From an uncultured delta proteobacterium (GTDB taxonomy: Bacteria; Myxococcota_A; Polyangia; Polyangiales; Polyangiaceae), in assembly GCA_963764075.1 (NCBI GenBank), contig CAVXQZ010000002.1:76915-140914 (forward strand): a stretch of 64,000 nucleotides of DNA, in the 5' to 3' direction. The position numbers were made by a program, and so were the translations under genes. Below the pieces are notes generated by a model. It ran no database searches. It saw nothing but the letters and a program-made list of their open reading frames with translations, and had not been told where the DNA came from. The stretch's first letter is position 1; each line of letters starts with the position of its first letter. Shown one piece after another: positions 61,854 through 64,000 of the stretch.

Positions 61854-63474
61854 AGAAATCGCGGACCGTCCGCAGCCGTTTTCGGATGGCCAAAGGGAGC
61901 CGGAGCGCGCCTTCGAACCGGCCGAGCTGCAGGTTGGCGACAATTCCCCCTATGTCCCATAGGGTCTCGTCGTACGGCATCCAGAAGAACTCGGCGGCCT
62001 TCGCGTTGTCGACCACGGTGGCGCGGGGTCGCACGAACGTGGCGAGAGCGTGCGCGCTGTTGGCCACGCCGAAGCCCGTCTCGCGTGTTCCGCTCCATGG
62101 AAGGGCTGGAATGGCGCCCGAGAACGCATGGTTGTTGATGGTGACGACGCCGACGTCGAGCCGTTCGGCGAGCCGCTTGGCCCGCGCTACGTCTCGCGTC
62201 CAAATCGATGCACCGAGGCCGTATCGCGACGAGTTCGTTCGACGCACCGCCTCGGCGGCGCCGGCGACCCGAATGATCGCGAGCACCGGACCGAACGTCT
62301 CGTCGCGCACGACCCGCATCCGGTCGTGGCATTTGTCGAGGAGCGTAGGGGAGTAGAAAAGGCTGCTCCCGATCGGGGCTCCGCCGCAGACCACCACCGC
62401 ACCCTTCGCGCGCGCGTCTTCCACGTGGGCGATGACGGTCTGCAATTGCCGGCGGTTCGCGAGCTGTCCTACATCGGCGAACCGTTCGGGCCCGACCCGC
62501 AGCCGCGTCCACGCACTTCGCATGGCCGCTACGAACCGGTCCGCGATGAGCTCGTCGACGTAAACGACCTCGATTGCGCCGCAGGCCTGTCCGACGTTCG
62601 ACAGGGCCCAGTGCGTGATCCCCGCGACTGTGCGGGGCAAGTCGCAGTCCGCAAGGACGATCGCAGGGTCTTTGCCCCCCATCTCGACACTCGAGGGAAT
62701 GCCGCGCTCCGCACACTGCACGCGAACCGCGCGCCCGGACTCCGGAGAGCCCGTGAAGACGCACGCGTCGATGCCCGCGTCGATGAGCGCCGCACCGACG
62801 CGGCCGTCGCCATGAACGACGCGGACGAGCCCATCGGGGAGCTCGGCTGCCAGGCGATCGATCAGCCACGCGCTCGTCTTCGGGCTGAACTCGGAAGGCT
62901 TGACGACGACGGCGTTGCCCGTCAGAAGCGCCGGGATGGTCGGCCGGTAAAGCCCGGCGACGGGGAAGTTCCACGGCGCGATGACGCCGATCACTCCACG
63001 CGGGACCAGATCGACGTAGGCCTGCTTTCTCGGAAAACTGATTGGGTTCAAGTGAACGTGCTGACGTCGAGTCGCGTTCCGCACGAGCTTCGTCCAGCTC
63101 TTGACGTTGTCGAGCGGACCGAGCGCCTCGTTGAACAGCCCTTCGACGTCGACCTTTCCCATCTCCTCGCGCGCGAGCGCGATGACCTCGGCGCGTCGCC
63201 GGAGCATCTCCACCGCCGCACGAGTCAGCGCCTTCGCGCGCTCGGCGAACGGCACCAGTTGCCATTCGTACTGGGCGGCCTTGGCGCGGGCCACGGCCTC
63301 GCGCAGTTCGACCACAGACGAGGTGCTGGTCGAAGCGTGCGGCGGGGGCTGCCGCGGCTCGAGCGGAAGCACGGCCTCACGGTGGCGCGGGGTGGCGCCG
63401 CTCGAGTCGTGCGGGAAGGCGCCCTCGGCGAGGGGGGCGCGGGTCGTGTGGCCGTTGACGGGGGTTTCGCTCAC
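61846..63474 (-). CDS. NAD(P)-dependent aldehyde dehydrogenase
   Basis: VIAPWNFP...VVKPSEFSP...SVEMGGKDP...GQACGAIE (catalytic Cys)...ETFGPV. The start is uncertain (GTG at 63474 or 63372). The upstream part of the tracked ORF is out-of-gene. There is an 8-nt convergent overlap with the GMC gene. Confidence 0.85.
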   Translation of the reverse strand: MSETPVNGHTTRAPLAEGAFPHDSSGATPRHREAVLPLEPRQPPPHASTSTSSVVELREAVARAKAAQYEWQLVPFAERAKALTRAAVEMLRRRAEVIALAREEMGKVDVEGLFNEALGPLDNVKSWTKLVRNATRRQHVHLNPISFPRKQAYVDLVPRGVIGVIAPWNFPVAGLYRPTIPALLTGNAVVVKPSEFSPKTSAWLIDRLAAELPDGLVRVVHGDGRVGAALIDAGIDACVFTGSPESGRAVRVQCAERGIPSSVEMGGKDPAIVLADCDLPRTVAGITHWALSNVGQACGAIEVVYVDELIADRFVAAMRSAWTRLRVGPERFADVGQLANRRQLQTVIAHVEDARAKGAVVVCGGAPIGSSLFYSPTLLDKCHDRMRVVRDETFGPVLAIIRVAGAAEAVRRTNSSRYGLGASIWTRDVARAKRLAERLDVGVVTINNHAFSGAIPALPWSGTRETGFGVANSAHALATFVRPRATVVDNAKAAEFFWMPYDETLWDIGGIVANLQLGRFEGALRLPLAIRKRLRTVRDFFS

Positions 63475-63574
63475 GATTCTGTCCGATACCCCGGATGAGG
63501 CGGGCGCCACAACTGGAAGCTTGCATCGGGCTTTCGGTTGTCCGACCGTGCCCGTGCCCGAGCGGGTCCACTCG

Positions 63575-64000
63575 ATGTCCGACCAGACCGAAGCGCCCAC
63601 GCCCCGTCGCCTTCGAAAAGCCAGGGAAGAAGGGGATAGCGGCTCAAGCACGTACGCAGCGCAAGCGGTCGCTTTCATTGTGGTCGTCGCCCTCGTTCCG
63701 CACGCCGTCCGGGCGCTCGCCTCGCGCGCATCGGATGAGCTTCGCGCCGCGCTCGCAGCAGTGGCCGCCCTCCACGGACCGCCGAGGTTCGACCCGCTGG
63801 AACTGGCGATGTCCGTGACCTCGCTGACGGTGCCCATCCTGCTCGCTGCGGGAATCGTCGGTGCGGCGGCACAAGCCATCCAGACCGGGGGAGTCGTCGC
63901 CACGAAGAAGCTGACACCGAGGCTCGAGCGGCTCGATCCCATCGCGGGTTTCAAGCGTCTGTTTTCCGCGGCCCGTCTTTTCGCCGTGGCGCGTGCCATT
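63575..64000 (+). CDS. type III secretion export-apparatus switch protein (SctU/YscU/FlhB family), N-terminal 142 codons, truncated by the window edge
   Basis: My translation: MSDQTEAPTPRRLRKAREEGDSGSS...LTVPILLAAGIVGAAAQAIQTGGVVATKKLTPRLERLDPIAGFKRLFSAARLF. These match the family motifs (EKTExPTPKRLxxARxxG, the TM pair, and LNPxxGxKRxFS). The frame is open to the last base. Confidence 0.8.
   Translation, partial: MSDQTEAPTPRRLRKAREEGDSGSSTYAAQAVAFIVVVALVPHAVRALASRASDELRAALAAVAALHGPPRFDPLELAMSVTSLTVPILLAAGIVGAAAQAIQTGGVVATKKLTPRLERLDPIAGFKRLFSAARLFAVARAI

Overview
This is a 64-kb, very GC-rich bacterial chromosomal segment with about 60 protein genes. It has no rRNA, no intact tRNA and no CRISPR array. 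The gene content suggests a myxobacterium (Polyangia-like), but that is inference only: a Ser/Thr kinase, a sigma-54 enhancer-binding regulator, several Cys-rich lipoproteins, RCC1 and LRR secreted proteins, PspA, and a T3SS SctU/FlhB-type gene at the right edge. Layout: (i) 1-7.7 kb looks accessory and decayed. It holds an HU-like gene, a DUF4279 immunity-like protein, a GNAT remnant, a two-gene cassette headed by a PD-(D/E)xK nuclease-like protein, a Rep-like wHTH protein, two tRNA half-genes (tRNA-Gly 3' half, tRNA-Leu 5' half) and short tandem duplications. (ii) 7.8-16.5 kb is core metabolism: a formaldehyde dehydrogenase, two aldo/keto reductases, and Phe/Tyr catabolism (phhA, FAH-family, hppD, hmgA). 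(iii) 16.6-53.8 kb is mixed housekeeping and envelope genes: hemD, an ABC-2 exporter operon, kup, a porin, an NtrC-type regulator, a ferredoxin, DppBC-like permeases, E1-alpha plus lpdA, pspA, the kinase, obg, RCC1 and LRR proteins. (iv) 53.9-58.7 kb is the most unusual locus. Three translationally coupled genes encode a double wHTH-like protein, an ORC/Cdc6/DnaA-like AAA+ NTPase, and a RecB-type nuclease fused to an FtsK/SpoIIIE motor. This is my best candidate for an undescribed DNA-targeting (defence or MGE-control) system. (v) 58.8-63.5 kb holds desaturase, GMC oxidoreductase and aldehyde dehydrogenase genes, followed by a partial T3SS SctU gene. Other signals: a 102-bp-period palindromic repeat sits exactly where the kup stop codon should be and lengthens the ORF by 147 codons; a related palindrome overlaps the TAG stop of another gene; an inverted-repeat motif plus an 11-mer is shared upstream of an orphan OmpR-type regulator and a CpxP/Spy-like gene; the Ser/Thr kinase carries a tandem MshEN-like (c-di-GMP receptor) motif. 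All family calls come from reading the translations by eye. No database search was possible.
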